This document shows, piece by piece, positions 38,227-48,765 of a stretch of DNA of 64,000 nt; positions within the stretch are counted from its first letter, which is position 1, and every line of letters begins with the position of its first letter. The DNA lies in assembly GCA_965224245.1 (NCBI GenBank), contig OZ245046.1, positions 1,664,001 through 1,728,000 of the forward strand, given 5' to 3'. Below the pieces are notes generated by a model. That model was not told the origin of the DNA and ran no database searches. It worked only from the letters and a program-made list of their open reading frames with translations. This stretch comes from Candidatus Eiseniibacteriota bacterium (lineage in GTDB: Bacteria > Eisenbacteria > RBG-16-71-46 > CAZAMP01). The position numbers and the translations under genes were made by a program.

Positions 38227-40170
38227 ATGAGCGAGCACTCTCCCCGCGTCATCGACGAGCAACAGGCCCTGCGCCTGATCCTCGAGGGCACCGCGCCCGC
38301 CACGGGACAGGAGTTTCTGAAGGCGCTCGTCCGGAACGTCTGTCGCGCGCTCGATGCCCACGGCGCCTGGGTCACCGAGTGGCTACCCGAGTCGCGGCGC
38401 CTGCGCGCGCTCGCGTTCTGGCTGGGCGATCGGTGGGTGGACGAGTACGAGTACGACGTGGCCGGTACGCCCTGCGAGCCGGTCATCGACGGTCGCCGCG
38501 CCGCTCACTTTCCGCGCGACGTGATCCGGATGTTCCCCGACGATCCCGATCTGCCGGGCATGAACGCGGTGAGCTATCGCGGCGTTCCGCTCATCGGCGA
38601 GGACGGCGACGTTCTCGGTCACCTCGCGGTCCTCGACGACGAGCCGATGATCGCCGACCCGCGACTCGAGGTCGTCTTCGGGGTCTTCGCCGATCGCGCA
38701 GCCGCCGAGATTCGCCGGCTGCGCGCCGAGCAGGCGGTTCGCGACAGCGAGGAGGAGCTGGTGCGGCTCCTCGACTCGGCGATGGACGCGGTCCTCCTGT
38801 TCGACGACTCGCGACGAATCGTGCGCGCCAACCGGGCCGCGGCGCGGATTCTGAAGGTGTCACGAGACGAGCTGCACGGCGCCGATCTGGGGCGCTTCCT
38901 CGACGAGGACACGAGCACGCAGGTGGACGAGCGGATCCGTGCGTTCGAGTCGATCTCACCCGCCGAGCGCCGGCACTGGTTCCCCCGCGGGCTGGCCGGC
39001 CGCCGGGCGAGCGGCGAGCCGTTTCCGGCCGAGGGAACGCTGTCGTGCTTCGAGACCCGCCGCGGTCGCCTCCACGCGCTCATCGTGCGCGACGTGAACG
39101 ATCGCGTGGAGACCGAGCGCCGCCTCCGGATGCTGACCGACGAGGCGGAGTACCTCAGAGACGCGGCGCGCGAGGCACCCGGTGGCGGCGAGATCATCGG
39201 GAACACGCCACCGATGCGCCGCCTCTTCTCCGCCATCGAGCGCGTCGCCGACACCGACGCGACCGTGCTCGTCCTCGGCGAGACCGGCACCGGCAAGGAG
39301 CTCGTGGCCCGTGCGATCCATCGCGCGAGCCGACGCTCGGAGGGGCCGCTCGTCCGCGTGAACTGCGCGGCGATCCCGCCGACGCTGATCGAGAGCGAGC
39401 TCTTCGGACACGAGAAGGGGGCGTTCACCGGGGCCACCGCTCGCCGCGAGGGGCGCTTCGCGCTGGCCGACGGGGGCACGATCTTCCTCGACGAGATCGG
39501 GGAGCTGGCGCTCGACCTCCAGGCCAAGATGCTCCGCGTGCTCCAGGACGGCGAGATCGAGCCCGTGGGAGCCGCGCGCTCGAGGACGATCGACGTCCGC
39601 GTGATCGCAGCCACTCACCGGGATCTCCCGGCGATGATCGCGGCCGGAGAGTTTCGCGAGGATCTCTACTACCGGCTGAACGTCTTTCCGGTCCAGGTGG
39701 TCGCGCTCCGCGAGCGCCTGGACGACGTGCCACTGCTGGCCCAGTCGTTCCTGGAGCGTTACGCGCGGCGGATGGGGCGCCGCGTCGAGCCGCTGGGACC
39801 CGCCGACCGCGCCACGCTCACGGCCTACCAGTGGCCGGGGAACGTCCGGGAGCTCCAGAACGTGATCGAGCGCGCGCTGATCCTCTCTCCGGGTCCCCGG
39901 GTCGACGTCGCCGCCGCCATGCCCGACGACCGCGCGGCGCGTCCCCCCGGGCCTTCGACCCCGGCGGCACTCCCCGTGTCGCGGGACGACGCGGTTCTCG
40001 ACGCCGAGGAGATGCGCGCGTTCGAGCGAGAGAACATCTTCCGCGCGCTCGAGGCGTCCGGCTGGCGCATCGCCGGCGCCGGCGGCGCCGCCGAGAGGCT
40101 GGGACTTCCCCCCTCGACGTTGACCTCGCGCATGCGGGCCCTCGGACTCGAGCGGCCGCCGAGGCGGTGA
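38227..40170 (+). CDS. Sigma54-dependent activator (GAF-PAS-AAA+-HTH, FhlA-like)
   Basis: [54 protein letters not shown]-terminal HTH; N-terminal GAF and PAS. Confidence 0.95.
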   Translation: MSEHSPRVIDEQQALRLILEGTAPATGQEFLKALVRNVCRALDAHGAWVTEWLPESRRLRALAFWLGDRWVDEYEYDVAGTPCEPVIDGRRAAHFPRDVIRMFPDDPDLPGMNAVSYRGVPLIGEDGDVLGHLAVLDDEPMIADPRLEVVFGVFADRAAAEIRRLRAEQAVRDSEEELVRLLDSAMDAVLLFDDSRRIVRANRAAARILKVSRDELHGADLGRFLDEDTSTQVDERIRAFESISPAERRHWFPRGLAGRRASGEPFPAEGTLSCFETRRGRLHALIVRDVNDRVETERRLRMLTDEAEYLRDAAREAPGGGEIIGNTPPMRRLFSAIERVADTDATVLVLGETGTGKELVARAIHRASRRSEGPLVRVNCAAIPPTLIESELFGHEKGAFTGATARREGRFALADGGTIFLDEIGELALDLQAKMLRVLQDGEIEPVGAARSRTIDVRVIAATHRDLPAMIAAGEFREDLYYRLNVFPVQVVALRERLDDVPLLAQSFLERYARRMGRRVEPLGPADRATLTAYQWPGNVRELQNVIERALILSPGPRVDVAAAMPDDRAARPPGPSTPAALPVSRDDAVLDAEEMRAFERENIFRALEASGWRIAGAGGAAERLGLPPSTLTSRMRALGLERPPRR

Positions 40171-40243
40171 CGAACCGGTCGACGAGACGCGGCACGCGGC
40201 GGACGGTCAGGTCCGCCGGTGCCGTATCTCCGGTCGCACGGCC

Positions 40244-40807
40244 TCACTCCACGACGAGGTTGCTGTTCAGCTTGATGGCCGAGCCGAGGTTGTAGCGGTT
40301 CGGCGACGTGGCCATCACCGCCTCGTGGATCTTCCGGAGCTGCTCGGGCGTTCCGTTTCCCTTGAGGTACACGGTGTAAGAGAGGCTCTCGTAACCCGGT
40401 GCCACGTCGGGATCCAGCCCCAGGAAGCCGCGTAGGTCGATGTCGCCGTGGGTCTCGATTCGCACGTCCTCCAGCTCGATGCCCTCGAGTGCCGCGAGCG
40501 CGACGTACCCCACCATCTGGCAGGCGTTGAAGGCCGCGAGCAGGTACTCCTGCGGGTTCGCGAAGCGGTTCGTCCCGCCGAGCTCCAACGGCTCGTCGAT
40601 CGGGATCGTCCAGTCTTTCTCGACCTCCGTGCCGCCGATCGCGTACGAGGACACCTTCGTGTCCGAGCGCGTTCCGCCCTTCCAGTGCGTGGCCACGCGC
40701 CACGACGTCATGCCGTTGCCCGGATCCTCGCTCACCGCGCCGACGAGCTGTCGAACGGCGTCGGTGTCGATGCCGTTGATCAGGGTGCTCTGGGGGGTGC
40801 TGGTCAT
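40244..40807 (-). CDS. OsmC/Ohr family protein
   Basis: DEP..LGG....NPQEYLLAAFNAC, GDIDLRGFLG. AGGAGG RBS before the ATG at 40807. Confidence 0.88.
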   Translation of the reverse strand: MTSTPQSTLINGIDTDAVRQLVGAVSEDPGNGMTSWRVATHWKGGTRSDTKVSSYAIGGTEVEKDWTIPIDEPLELGGTNRFANPQEYLLAAFNACQMVGYVALAALEGIELEDVRIETHGDIDLRGFLGLDPDVAPGYESLSYTVYLKGNGTPEQLRKIHEAVMATSPNRYNLGSAIKLNSNLVVE

Positions 40808-40883
40808 GTCCGTCCTCCTGGTTGCGCCGGCCCGCCGCCGCCGGTCCATCCGGCGGCGAGGTCGGCCTCGCCCCGGCTTCATC

Positions 40884-40898
40884 GCAACCGGTGTGCCA
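40884..40898 (-). promoter_or_regulatory. Sigma54 -24/-12 promoter for the OsmC-family gene
   Basis: Minus strand TGGCAC-ACCGG-TTGC, a perfect consensus match. Confidence 0.85.
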
Positions 40899-40968
40899 TC
40901 TGGCCATCTATCTCGTAATCGCCCTGTTGAAAAAGCGTTGCAGGGATCGGCGAGGATCCACCGGAGGT

Positions 40969-41020
40969 CGCGAGCTCTCGCCGATCCCGAGATGTCGGGA
41001 GCGCCTCACGGGATCTCGCG
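40969..41020. promoter_or_regulatory. Three palindromic sites, putative enhancer-binding-protein UAS
   Basis: CGCGAGCTCTCGCC (40969), CCCGAGATGTCGGG (40986), CACGGGATCTCGCG (41007). The first is 71 bp upstream of the -24 element. Confidence 0.6.
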
Positions 41021-41052
41021 CCAGGAGCGCGCGTGGAGCCGGGTCCACCGGG

Positions 41053-43443
41053 TCAGTCGTCTCGGGTGGCGTCGCGCGCCGCGGTCGCGGTCCTCGGAAG
41101 GCGTATGCGTGCGAGGAGGTCGCGGAATCGCGGATGTCCGCGAAGGGGATCCAGCGTCCAGTCCACGGCGATGAGCGCCAGGAAGTTCTCGCGCTGCTCG
41201 TGTGCCTTCTCGAGAGCGTCGATCGCACGCTCGACGTCGCCCAGCGCCGCGTATACCGACGCGATCGGCGCGTTCGGAATGAAACGATCGGCCGCCTGCG
41301 CCGACAGCGCCTCGACGCGTCGCCGCGCCTCGTCGGTCCGTCCATCCCCGGCGATCACCCGGGCCAGCGCCGACTCGTACACGACGAGACCGGGCGCCAG
41401 CTCGAGCGCGCGTCGAATGGACGCCTCCGCCTCGGCGTGGCGGCCGAGCCCCTCGAACGCCCCGCCCAGCCCCCAGTGCGCGACGGGGAAGCGCTCGTCC
41501 ACGTCGAGGGCCTGCCGGCTCCAGCGTGCGGCCGCGTCGAACTCGCGCGCCAGCAGGTAGATGATCCCCTTGTCGGCGAGCACGATCAGCGAGAGCGGGT
41601 CCAGCTCGAGCGCGCGGTCGACGGCCGCGATCGCTTCGGGGGTCCGGCCGAGGCTGCAGAGGCGCAGCCCCGACCAGAGATGCGCAGTGGCATAGCCTGG
41701 ATTGAGCGCGATCGCACGCCGCAGGTGGGCGTCGCCGGCCTCCCAGTCCCACTCGAAGAACGTCGCCACGTAGCCCAGCGTCGCGTACGGCTCGGCCAGG
41801 CTCGAGTCGAGCGCGATGGCTCTCCGGGCGGCCGCGCGGGCGCGCGGATACGCCTCGCGCGGGTCCATCGTCGAGTAGAACCCGGCGCCCTTCATCGCGA
41901 AGCAGTCGGCGAGTCCCGCGTGGGCCGCCGCGTACGTGGGGTCGGCGTCGATCGCCTCCTGGAACAGCTCGGCGGCCCGCGAGATGGCGTCCGGCGTGCG
42001 CCGGCCCCAGTGATGGCGGCCCTTCAGGTACGCCGTGTAGCTCGTGGGATCCACGCGTTGCGTCCGCTCGAGCCGGGCCTCCTCCTCCGGGGTCAGGGTC
42101 GTCTTGATCTCCCGAGCAATCGCTCGCGCGACGTCCGACTGCAGGGTCAGGACGTCGCGGAGCTCCCGCTGGTAGCTCGTGGCCCAGAGGTGGCGGTCGG
42201 TCGCGGCGTCGATCAGCTGGACCGATATCCGGACCTGATCCTCCGACGTGCGCACCGTGCCCTCGACGATCGTGTCCACGCGGAGCTCGCGCGCGATCTC
42301 GGGCAGGGTGCGCGAGCGATCGCGGCACTGCCGGACCGAGGTCCGCGAGATCACCTCCAGGTCGTGGACGCCGGCCAGCGCGGTGATGACCTCTTCGTGC
42401 ATGCCGTCGGCGAAGAACTCCCGGTCGGGATCAGGATCCAGGCTCTCGAAGGGTAGAACGGCCAGTCGCCGCGGCCGCGCGGGAGCGGCGGGCGCCGTCG
42501 AGCGAGTGGACGTCTCGAGCGTCCGGGACCCGGACTCGTCGCGGCGGGTCTGGCGTGCGAGATCACGCGCCATGGACCGGAGCGCGTCGCGAATCTCGGC
42601 CGCGCCCTGGACGCGATCCGCCGGCCGCTTCTCGAGACACCGCGCAACCAGGCGCTCCAGCGACTCGGGCAGCGCCGGATCGAGATCCCGGAGCGGCCGC
42701 GGTGTGTCGCGCAGAATCGCGGAAACGACGTCGGGGAGCGTGTCGCCGGAGAACGGACGGCGACCGCTGGCAATCTCGTAGAGCATCGTGCCCAGCGAGA
42801 AGACGTCGCTTCGCGCGTCGACGTCCTGGCCGCGCAGCTGCTCGGGCGATGCGTACGGCACCGTGCCCAGTATCGACCCCTCGCCGGTGAGCGTCGGGTC
42901 CAGCGTCGTGGCGTCGGGGGCGGACGCCTCTGCTCGCACCGACTTCGCCAGGCCGAAGTCCAGCAGCTTCACCCGTCCCTCGTCCGTGACGACGACGTTG
43001 TCGGGCTTGACGTCGCGGTGGACGAGCCCGCGTGCATGAGCCGCGGCGAGCCCGTCCGCCACGGCGGTGCCGACGTCCAGAAGCGTGGACATCGGGGGCC
43101 GACCGGCGCGGAGGATGTCGCCCAGCGGCCGGCCGTCCACGAGCTCCATGGTCAGGAAGCGAACGCCCGCGGCCTCCTCGACCGAGTGCACGGTGACGAC
43201 GTTCGGATGATTGAGCCCGGCGAGCGAGCGTGCCTCGCGCTCCAAGCGGGCGAGTCGCGCCGCGTCGGTCGACACGTGAGCGGGCAGCACCTTCAGCGCG
43301 ACGTCGCGGCCCAGACGCGCGTCGTGGGCGCGGTAGACCTCTCCCATGCCGCCGGCGCCGATCCGTTCCAGGATCCGGTAGTGGGCGATCGTTCGGCCGA
43401 GCACGTCGTCGGGTCCTCGCGAGGGAGCGCGTTGCGGCGGCAT
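41053..43443 (-). CDS. Ser/Thr protein kinase with TolB-N-like and TPR domains
   Basis: IGAGGMGEVY, VALK, HRDVKPDN, DFGLAK, GTVPYASPE; RLAVLPF...FADGM.EE.I..L; TPRs. Confidence 0.93.
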   Translation of the reverse strand: MPPQRAPSRGPDDVLGRTIAHYRILERIGAGGMGEVYRAHDARLGRDVALKVLPAHVSTDAARLARLEREARSLAGLNHPNVVTVHSVEEAAGVRFLTMELVDGRPLGDILRAGRPPMSTLLDVGTAVADGLAAAHARGLVHRDVKPDNVVVTDEGRVKLLDFGLAKSVRAEASAPDATTLDPTLTGEGSILGTVPYASPEQLRGQDVDARSDVFSLGTMLYEIASGRRPFSGDTLPDVVSAILRDTPRPLRDLDPALPESLERLVARCLEKRPADRVQGAAEIRDALRSMARDLARQTRRDESGSRTLETSTRSTAPAAPARPRRLAVLPFESLDPDPDREFFADGMHEEVITALAGVHDLEVISRTSVRQCRDRSRTLPEIARELRVDTIVEGTVRTSEDQVRISVQLIDAATDRHLWATSYQRELRDVLTLQSDVARAIAREIKTTLTPEEEARLERTQRVDPTSYTAYLKGRHHWGRRTPDAISRAAELFQEAIDADPTYAAAHAGLADCFAMKGAGFYSTMDPREAYPRARAAARRAIALDSSLAEPYATLGYVATFFEWDWEAGDAHLRRAIALNPGYATAHLWSGLRLCSLGRTPEAIAAVDRALELDPLSLIVLADKGIIYLLAREFDAAARWSRQALDVDERFPVAHWGLGGAFEGLGRHAEAEASIRRALELAPGLVVYESALARVIAGDGRTDEARRRVEALSAQAADRFIPNAPIASVYAALGDVERAIDALEKAHEQRENFLALIAVDWTLDPLRGHPRFRDLLARIRLPRTATAARDATRDD

Positions 43444-43675
43444 CGTCCGCCACGTGAACGCTCTCAGGGTACGGCCGACGAAAAGCCGTCTGCAAGCGGG
43501 TCGGGATCGCCGACCTCACGCGTGGCGGTCGGGCCGGATGCGTGACCCCGGGGCGTGGCCCGCACTCGTTCCGAGCATCGATCCGGCACCGTCCCCTCTC
43601 GAACCTGGCTCGGAGCCGCCGCGAGGGTTACAGTCCGCGCGGATTCGAGAGTCCATTCACGTCACGGAGCGAGAG

Positions 43676-44398
43676 ATGAAACCTCGACGAGTCTTGATCG
43701 CGATCGGAGTGCTGGTGGTGATCGTGCTGGGGGCCCTCCTCTGGCTCGGCGACAACCTGAACGCCCTCGTCCAGAAGGGGGTCGAACGCTACGGCCCGCG
43801 CGTCACCGAGACTCGCGTCCGCCTGGCCGGGGCGGACATCGCGCTCCGCGACGGGCGGGGCACGCTGCGCGGACTCCACGTGGCCAACCCCGACGGATTC
43901 TCGAACGACGACGCGATCTCGCTCGGGGAGATCACGCTCGACATCGATCTCGGCTCGGTGACGGACTCACCGATCGTCATCGAGACGCTTCTCGTCGAGG
44001 GGCCCTCGCTGCTCCTGGAGGTGGCCGAGAACGGCGACGTCAACCTGCGCACGCTGCAGAAGAGCGTCAACGAGTACGCGTCGCGGTCGGCCGATGGTGC
44101 GGACGACTCGCCGCCTCCCCGGATCGCCGTGAAGGAGTTCACCCTGCAGGGCGGGACGCTGAAGCTCGACACCACCGCGATCGGCGGCGAGCGGACCGAA
44201 CGCACGCTGGACGGCTTCACGCTGCGCGACATCGGCGGATCCGACGGGGTGCCCGCCGACGAGCTGGGGCAGGCCGCGCTGCGCGCGATCCTGGACAGGG
44301 CGGTGGCCCAGGGCGCGGTCGACGAGCTGAAGGAGCGGGCCAGGGATGCGATCGGCGAGGCCGGCGGCCGGCTCCTCGATCGACTCACGGGTGACTAA
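43676..44398 (+). CDS. AsmA/DUF748-like membrane-anchored protein
   Basis: N-terminal TM, GLHVANPDGFS, LGEITLDIDL.S, VIE...GP, N repeats typical of AsmA-like beta-grooves. Confidence 0.65.
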   Translation: MKPRRVLIAIGVLVVIVLGALLWLGDNLNALVQKGVERYGPRVTETRVRLAGADIALRDGRGTLRGLHVANPDGFSNDDAISLGEITLDIDLGSVTDSPIVIETLLVEGPSLLLEVAENGDVNLRTLQKSVNEYASRSADGADDSPPPRIAVKEFTLQGGTLKLDTTAIGGERTERTLDGFTLRDIGGSDGVPADELGQAALRAILDRAVAQGAVDELKERARDAIGEAGGRLLDRLTGD

Positions 44399-44472
44399 GG
44401 GCCTCCACCGACTCAAGCAGCTCCCCCGGCAATCCGATCTTTCTGGGAGACCTCGAGCCCAGGGGGATCTCC

Positions 44473-44907
44473 ATGCTCATTCGCGCCATCACGCTTCTGG
44501 CCGTCGCCGCCGTCACGCTCGCCGCACTCGGTGGGTGCGCCAAACGGACCCACCACGACTCGTCCACGGTCGTCGTGACCTCGAACGACGACACGTCCCG
44601 CGTCGGACACGGTCCGCCGCCCCACGCGCCGGCACATGGCTACCGCCACAAGATGCGTGACGACACCGCTCTCGCCTACGACGCCGATCTCGGCGTTTAC
44701 GTGGTGATCGGAACCAGCGGCGTCTACTATCACTCCGAACGCCAGCTCTACTATCGGATGAAGGGGTCCACCTGGGAGGCGAGCGCGAGCCTGAGCGACG
44801 GCTGGCGGCGGGTCTCGGACGATGCCCTCCCCGGAAAGCTGGCCTCGGCGCAGAAGGGGCGGGGCAAGGGCAAGGCGAAGCACCGGGTCGCGGAGTCGAA
44901 CCGCTAG
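44473..44907 (+). CDS. Putative lipoprotein
   Basis: Lipobox-like LGGC, GPPPHAPAHGYRHK motif, basic C-terminus. Confidence 0.7.
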   Translation: MLIRAITLLAVAAVTLAALGGCAKRTHHDSSTVVVTSNDDTSRVGHGPPPHAPAHGYRHKMRDDTALAYDADLGVYVVIGTSGVYYHSERQLYYRMKGSTWEASASLSDGWRRVSDDALPGKLASAQKGRGKGKAKHRVAESNR

Positions 44908-45264
44908 CGGGCGCCAGCCCGCGGACGAGGCCCCCGCGGACGTCGGCCGACCCCCTCGTCGTCCTCGCCGGGTGCGGGACGCTAACAGGCGGCCCACGGC
45001 TCGGCCCGGGTGATACTCGTCCCCCAGGCGCTGCGCGGCTCCGGGCCGAGCGCAGCAAACGGGAGTTGCCTAGGAGGGCGCGTCAAGCTCCCATGCACCA
45101 TCGACCTGCGGGGTTCTTCCAACGCGATGCATCAGTCCCGGCCGTCCGGTCGGCGGGACGCCGGGCGCGCGCGATCACCGCCGCGGCGCGGTCGGGGTAT
45201 AATCCGCCAATCGCCGACGATGCCGACCGGGCTCAATCTGTCGATCGCCACTCCGGAGGTGCCC

Positions 45265-47436
45265 ATGTACCAGCGTGCTCACGCTGCCGGTGTCGCGCTT
45301 CTCACGTTGACGGCCGCACTCCCCACCTTCGGCGCCACGCACGACAGCGATGACGTCGACCTCGTGGGCCGCTGGGCCAGGGGGCCGTGCTACACGGTCG
45401 CGGGCTCCGGGGACGTTCTCTACGCGGGCGACGGCGCCATCGTACGCGTCATCGACGTGAGCACGCCGTCCCTCCCCACCGAGGTCGGGAACGTGACGAT
45501 CACCGGACTCGTGAGCAGCCTGGCTCTATCGGGGAACCGGCTGTGCGTCGCCGGCTACGAGGACGGGCTTCGCATCGTCGACGTGTCGAACCCCGCCGCT
45601 CCGGCCGAGGTCGGGAGCCAGGCGACGAGCGCGGTCGCCACCGCCGTCGCCGCCGAAGGCAACTACGCCTACGTGGGGACGTCCGGCGACGGTCTCCGGA
45701 TCGTGGACATCACGACGCCCGGCAGCCCGTTCGAGGTGAGCGGGGTCGCGCTGGGCTTCATCTTCGCGGTGGGTGTCGAGGGATCGCTCGCCTTCGCCGC
45801 CGACTACCGCGGCGACCTCCACATCATCGACGTCACGAACCCCGCGAGCCCGGCGGTCCTCGACGTCATCGACGTTCATGGGACGCCGTACGGGATCGAG
45901 GCCAGCGGCAATCATGTCTACACGGCCGCCTCGGGCACCGACATCGCCCAGATGACCGTCGTCGACGTCAGCGTGCCCACCGCCGCGGTGGAGACGGACC
46001 GGTACTCGATCCTCTTCACCACGGGCAGCGGCATCGGCCTCGACGGCAGCCTGGTGTACTTCGCCGCCGGCGCGGGCGGCGGCGTGCACCTGATCGACGT
46101 GTCCAACCCCGCGGACGTCGTCCTCGTGGGTCAGATCGACACCCCGGGCGTGGCCTCCGACGTGACCGTGCTCGGAACGCACGCGTACGTCGCCGACCGA
46201 CACCACGGCGTGCGTGTGCTCGACGTGTCGACCCCGGCGACGCCGACCGAGGTGGCGGCGTTCGAGACGCCGGGCAAGACGTTCGACGTGGCGGTCTCCG
46301 GCACCTACGCCTACCTCGCCGACCGTGCGGATGGGCTGCGCATTCTCGACGTCGGCAATCCGGCCGCGCCGGTCGAGGTGGGCGGCCTCGCGCTGGACGG
46401 AATCCCGATCGGCATCGCGGTCCGGGACGACGTCGCGTTCATCTCGGTCGACACCCACGGCCTCGACATCGTCGACGTCTCTACACCCGCGTCGCCGGCG
46501 CTCCTCGCCACCCACGACGTCGGCGCCGGTGGCGCGGCCTGGGAGTGCGTGCTGGACGGCGATCTCGCCTACGTGGCCGCGCAGTCGAAGGGGCTCCAGA
46601 TCGTGGACGTCTCCGATCCCACCGCGCCGGTGCAGCTCGGCGCGATCGTGCCTCCGTCGGCGTACGCGCTCGGAGTGGACGTCCGGCATCCCTACGCCTA
46701 CATCGCAAGCAGCTTCGCCGGGCTCTACGTCATCGACGTGAGCGACCCGGCGAACCCCGTGCAGGTCGGCTATCTGGACACCTACAACGCGCGCGACGTG
46801 GAGGTGGATCTCTCGGGCGACTACGCCATCGTCGGTGACGCCCAGGACGGCGTGGTGGCCATCGACGTCTCGGATCCCAGCAATCCGTTCCTGGCGGGCT
46901 CGCTCGGTTCGATCGAGTACGGTCGCGAGATCGACGTCGAGGGCGCCCTCGGCTTCGTCGTGACCGAGGACACCGGACTGCGCGTGATCGATCTCAGCAA
47001 TCTGCCGACCCTGACCGAGGTGGGCTACTACGACACCGCCGACGAGGCGTTCGGGCTCTCGGCGGACGGCGATCGCATCTACGTGGCCGACGACGACGAC
47101 GGCCTGTGGATCTTCGAGAACCTGTTTCTCCTCTCCGTCGGGGAGTCCCCCATCGCGGGACGCGCGGTGCTTCACGGAAGCTGGCCCAATCCGTTCAATC
47201 CGCGCACGACGATCCGCTTCAGCCTCGATCGCGCGCAGCGCGTGCGGCTGAGCGTTCACGACGGCGAAGGGGCGAGGATTGCCACGCTGCTGGATGGAGC
47301 GTGCTCCCCCGGTCCCCACGACGTCGTCTGGGACGGCCGCGACGGCCGTGGCGTGGAGGTCGCGTCCGGCGTCTACGTCGTCCGACTCGAAGCCGGTGGG
47401 CGAACGGAGACCGCCAAGGCAACGCTTCTCCGCTGA
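45265..47436 (+). CDS. Secreted LVIVD-repeat beta-propeller protein with C-terminal FlgD-Ig/T9SS-CTD-like domain
   Basis: GGAGG RBS, signal peptide, many YAYVA...GLxIxDVSxPxxP repeats; tail WPNPFNPRTTIRFSL...WDGRD..G..VASGVYVVRL. Confidence 0.9.
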   Translation: MYQRAHAAGVALLTLTAALPTFGATHDSDDVDLVGRWARGPCYTVAGSGDVLYAGDGAIVRVIDVSTPSLPTEVGNVTITGLVSSLALSGNRLCVAGYEDGLRIVDVSNPAAPAEVGSQATSAVATAVAAEGNYAYVGTSGDGLRIVDITTPGSPFEVSGVALGFIFAVGVEGSLAFAADYRGDLHIIDVTNPASPAVLDVIDVHGTPYGIEASGNHVYTAASGTDIAQMTVVDVSVPTAAVETDRYSILFTTGSGIGLDGSLVYFAAGAGGGVHLIDVSNPADVVLVGQIDTPGVASDVTVLGTHAYVADRHHGVRVLDVSTPATPTEVAAFETPGKTFDVAVSGTYAYLADRADGLRILDVGNPAAPVEVGGLALDGIPIGIAVRDDVAFISVDTHGLDIVDVSTPASPALLATHDVGAGGAAWECVLDGDLAYVAAQSKGLQIVDVSDPTAPVQLGAIVPPSAYALGVDVRHPYAYIASSFAGLYVIDVSDPANPVQVGYLDTYNARDVEVDLSGDYAIVGDAQDGVVAIDVSDPSNPFLAGSLGSIEYGREIDVEGALGFVVTEDTGLRVIDLSNLPTLTEVGYYDTADEAFGLSADGDRIYVADDDDGLWIFENLFLLSVGESPIAGRAVLHGSWPNPFNPRTTIRFSLDRAQRVRLSVHDGEGARIATLLDGACSPGPHDVVWDGRDGRGVEVASGVYVVRLEAGGRTETAKATLLR

Positions 47437-47514
47437 TCGTGTCGAAATCGCGTCGAAGGGGCGAGCGGCGACTCCCCCGATCCGGCAGCCCGCGCCACTC
47501 GCGACGTTTGCGTC

Positions 47515-48765
47515 TCAGCGCGTGCCGAAGCCGCTCGCCCGCAGGAAGTCCTCGTAGTCGGTAACGGAAAGGATCTCCGCCACGGCCCGGCGCCGGTCGC
47601 CTGCGCGTTCGTAGTAGGCCTCGACGATCCTCGCACCGAACGCGTACGCGAAGTCGCGGGGCCAGTCCGGCCGCGTGGGGGTGGACCAGAGCCATCCCGC
47701 GGTGTCGGGACTGCGCATCTCGTCCTGAAAGAGCCGCCAGATGTCCGCCTCGTGCTCGCGCGCGAACACGCGGGCCTCCTCCTGGGTCATCCGGCCGGTG
47801 ACCCGATCGGCGAGGAACTCGGCGGCCCCTTCCCGGATGGTCAGCGCGAGGAGGCTCTTCTCGGGTCCGAAGATCGCATAGAACGCATCGCTGCCGGCCG
47901 AGACGAGCTGCTGGAAGTGGACGAGCTCGTGCGTGATCAGGGTCTCGATGCGCCCGATCGACTCCTCGCTCCGGCGCTCGATGGTGATCAGCTGGCCCTC
48001 CGGAGAGCCCGACGCGATGCCCCCGTAGTCCGCGACCAGGAAGTACGTGGGCGGAATGACCACCCCCGGGGCCAGCTCCTGGAGCCGGGCGAAGGCGGCG
48101 CGGATGTCGTCCTCCTTCTGCCTCAGGAGCTCGAGCGTGCGCGGCACGGCCGCGTACGCGTCGGGTCGCTTCTCGATCGCGTTCGCCACGTCCTCGGCGG
48201 TGAGGGAGTACTTCTCCACGAACATCCGGAGCCCGGGACTCGCCTTCGCGAAGACCTCCGCCTCCAGCGTGGGCACGACCTCCCGTCCGGCGGAGACGAG
48301 CGTCATCGCGTGGACGAACCGCTCGGCGTCGTCGTAGACGAAGCGCGCGCCGGCCGCGGAGTCGGCGACGTCGTCCGTGATCGTCACCGGCGGCGGCTCG
48401 ATCGTGCGCGCGAGCGGGGCCCAGCGGGAATCGTCCCGGAGCCCACGCAGGTCCGAGTCGCTCGTCAGCGTGTTGTAGTTGGCGTAGCCGGCCGCGATCG
48501 CCGTCTCGAGCATCGCGAACGCGGCATCGATCTCCCCGGCGAGGGCGAGACAGCAGGTGGCGTTGTAGTAGTCGGAGGCCCCCGCGCTCCCGGTCGCCGC
48601 CTTTGCCGCCTTCTCGAAGGCCTCGGCACAGGCCGCATACTCGCCGTGCCCGTACGCCTCGGTGGCGCGGTCTCGTAGCTCGGACACGTCCTGCCCGGCT
48701 CCCGACGAAGCCGTGGCGAGCGAGGCGAGCACGATCGTGACGGCGTGACGCAGCGGCGTGTACAT
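47515..48765 (-). CDS. Secreted TPR + DUF2268-like zinc metalloprotease
   Basis: Signal peptide, TPR YYNATCCLALAG..DAAF, HELVH (HExxH) with downstream EGAAE. Confidence 0.75.
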   Translation of the reverse strand: MYTPLRHAVTIVLASLATASSGAGQDVSELRDRATEAYGHGEYAACAEAFEKAAKAATGSAGASDYYNATCCLALAGEIDAAFAMLETAIAAGYANYNTLTSDSDLRGLRDDSRWAPLARTIEPPPVTITDDVADSAAGARFVYDDAERFVHAMTLVSAGREVVPTLEAEVFAKASPGLRMFVEKYSLTAEDVANAIEKRPDAYAAVPRTLELLRQKEDDIRAAFARLQELAPGVVIPPTYFLVADYGGIASGSPEGQLITIERRSEESIGRIETLITHELVHFQQLVSAGSDAFYAIFGPEKSLLALTIREGAAEFLADRVTGRMTQEEARVFAREHEADIWRLFQDEMRSPDTAGWLWSTPTRPDWPRDFAYAFGARIVEAYYERAGDRRRAVAEILSVTDYEDFLRASGFGTR

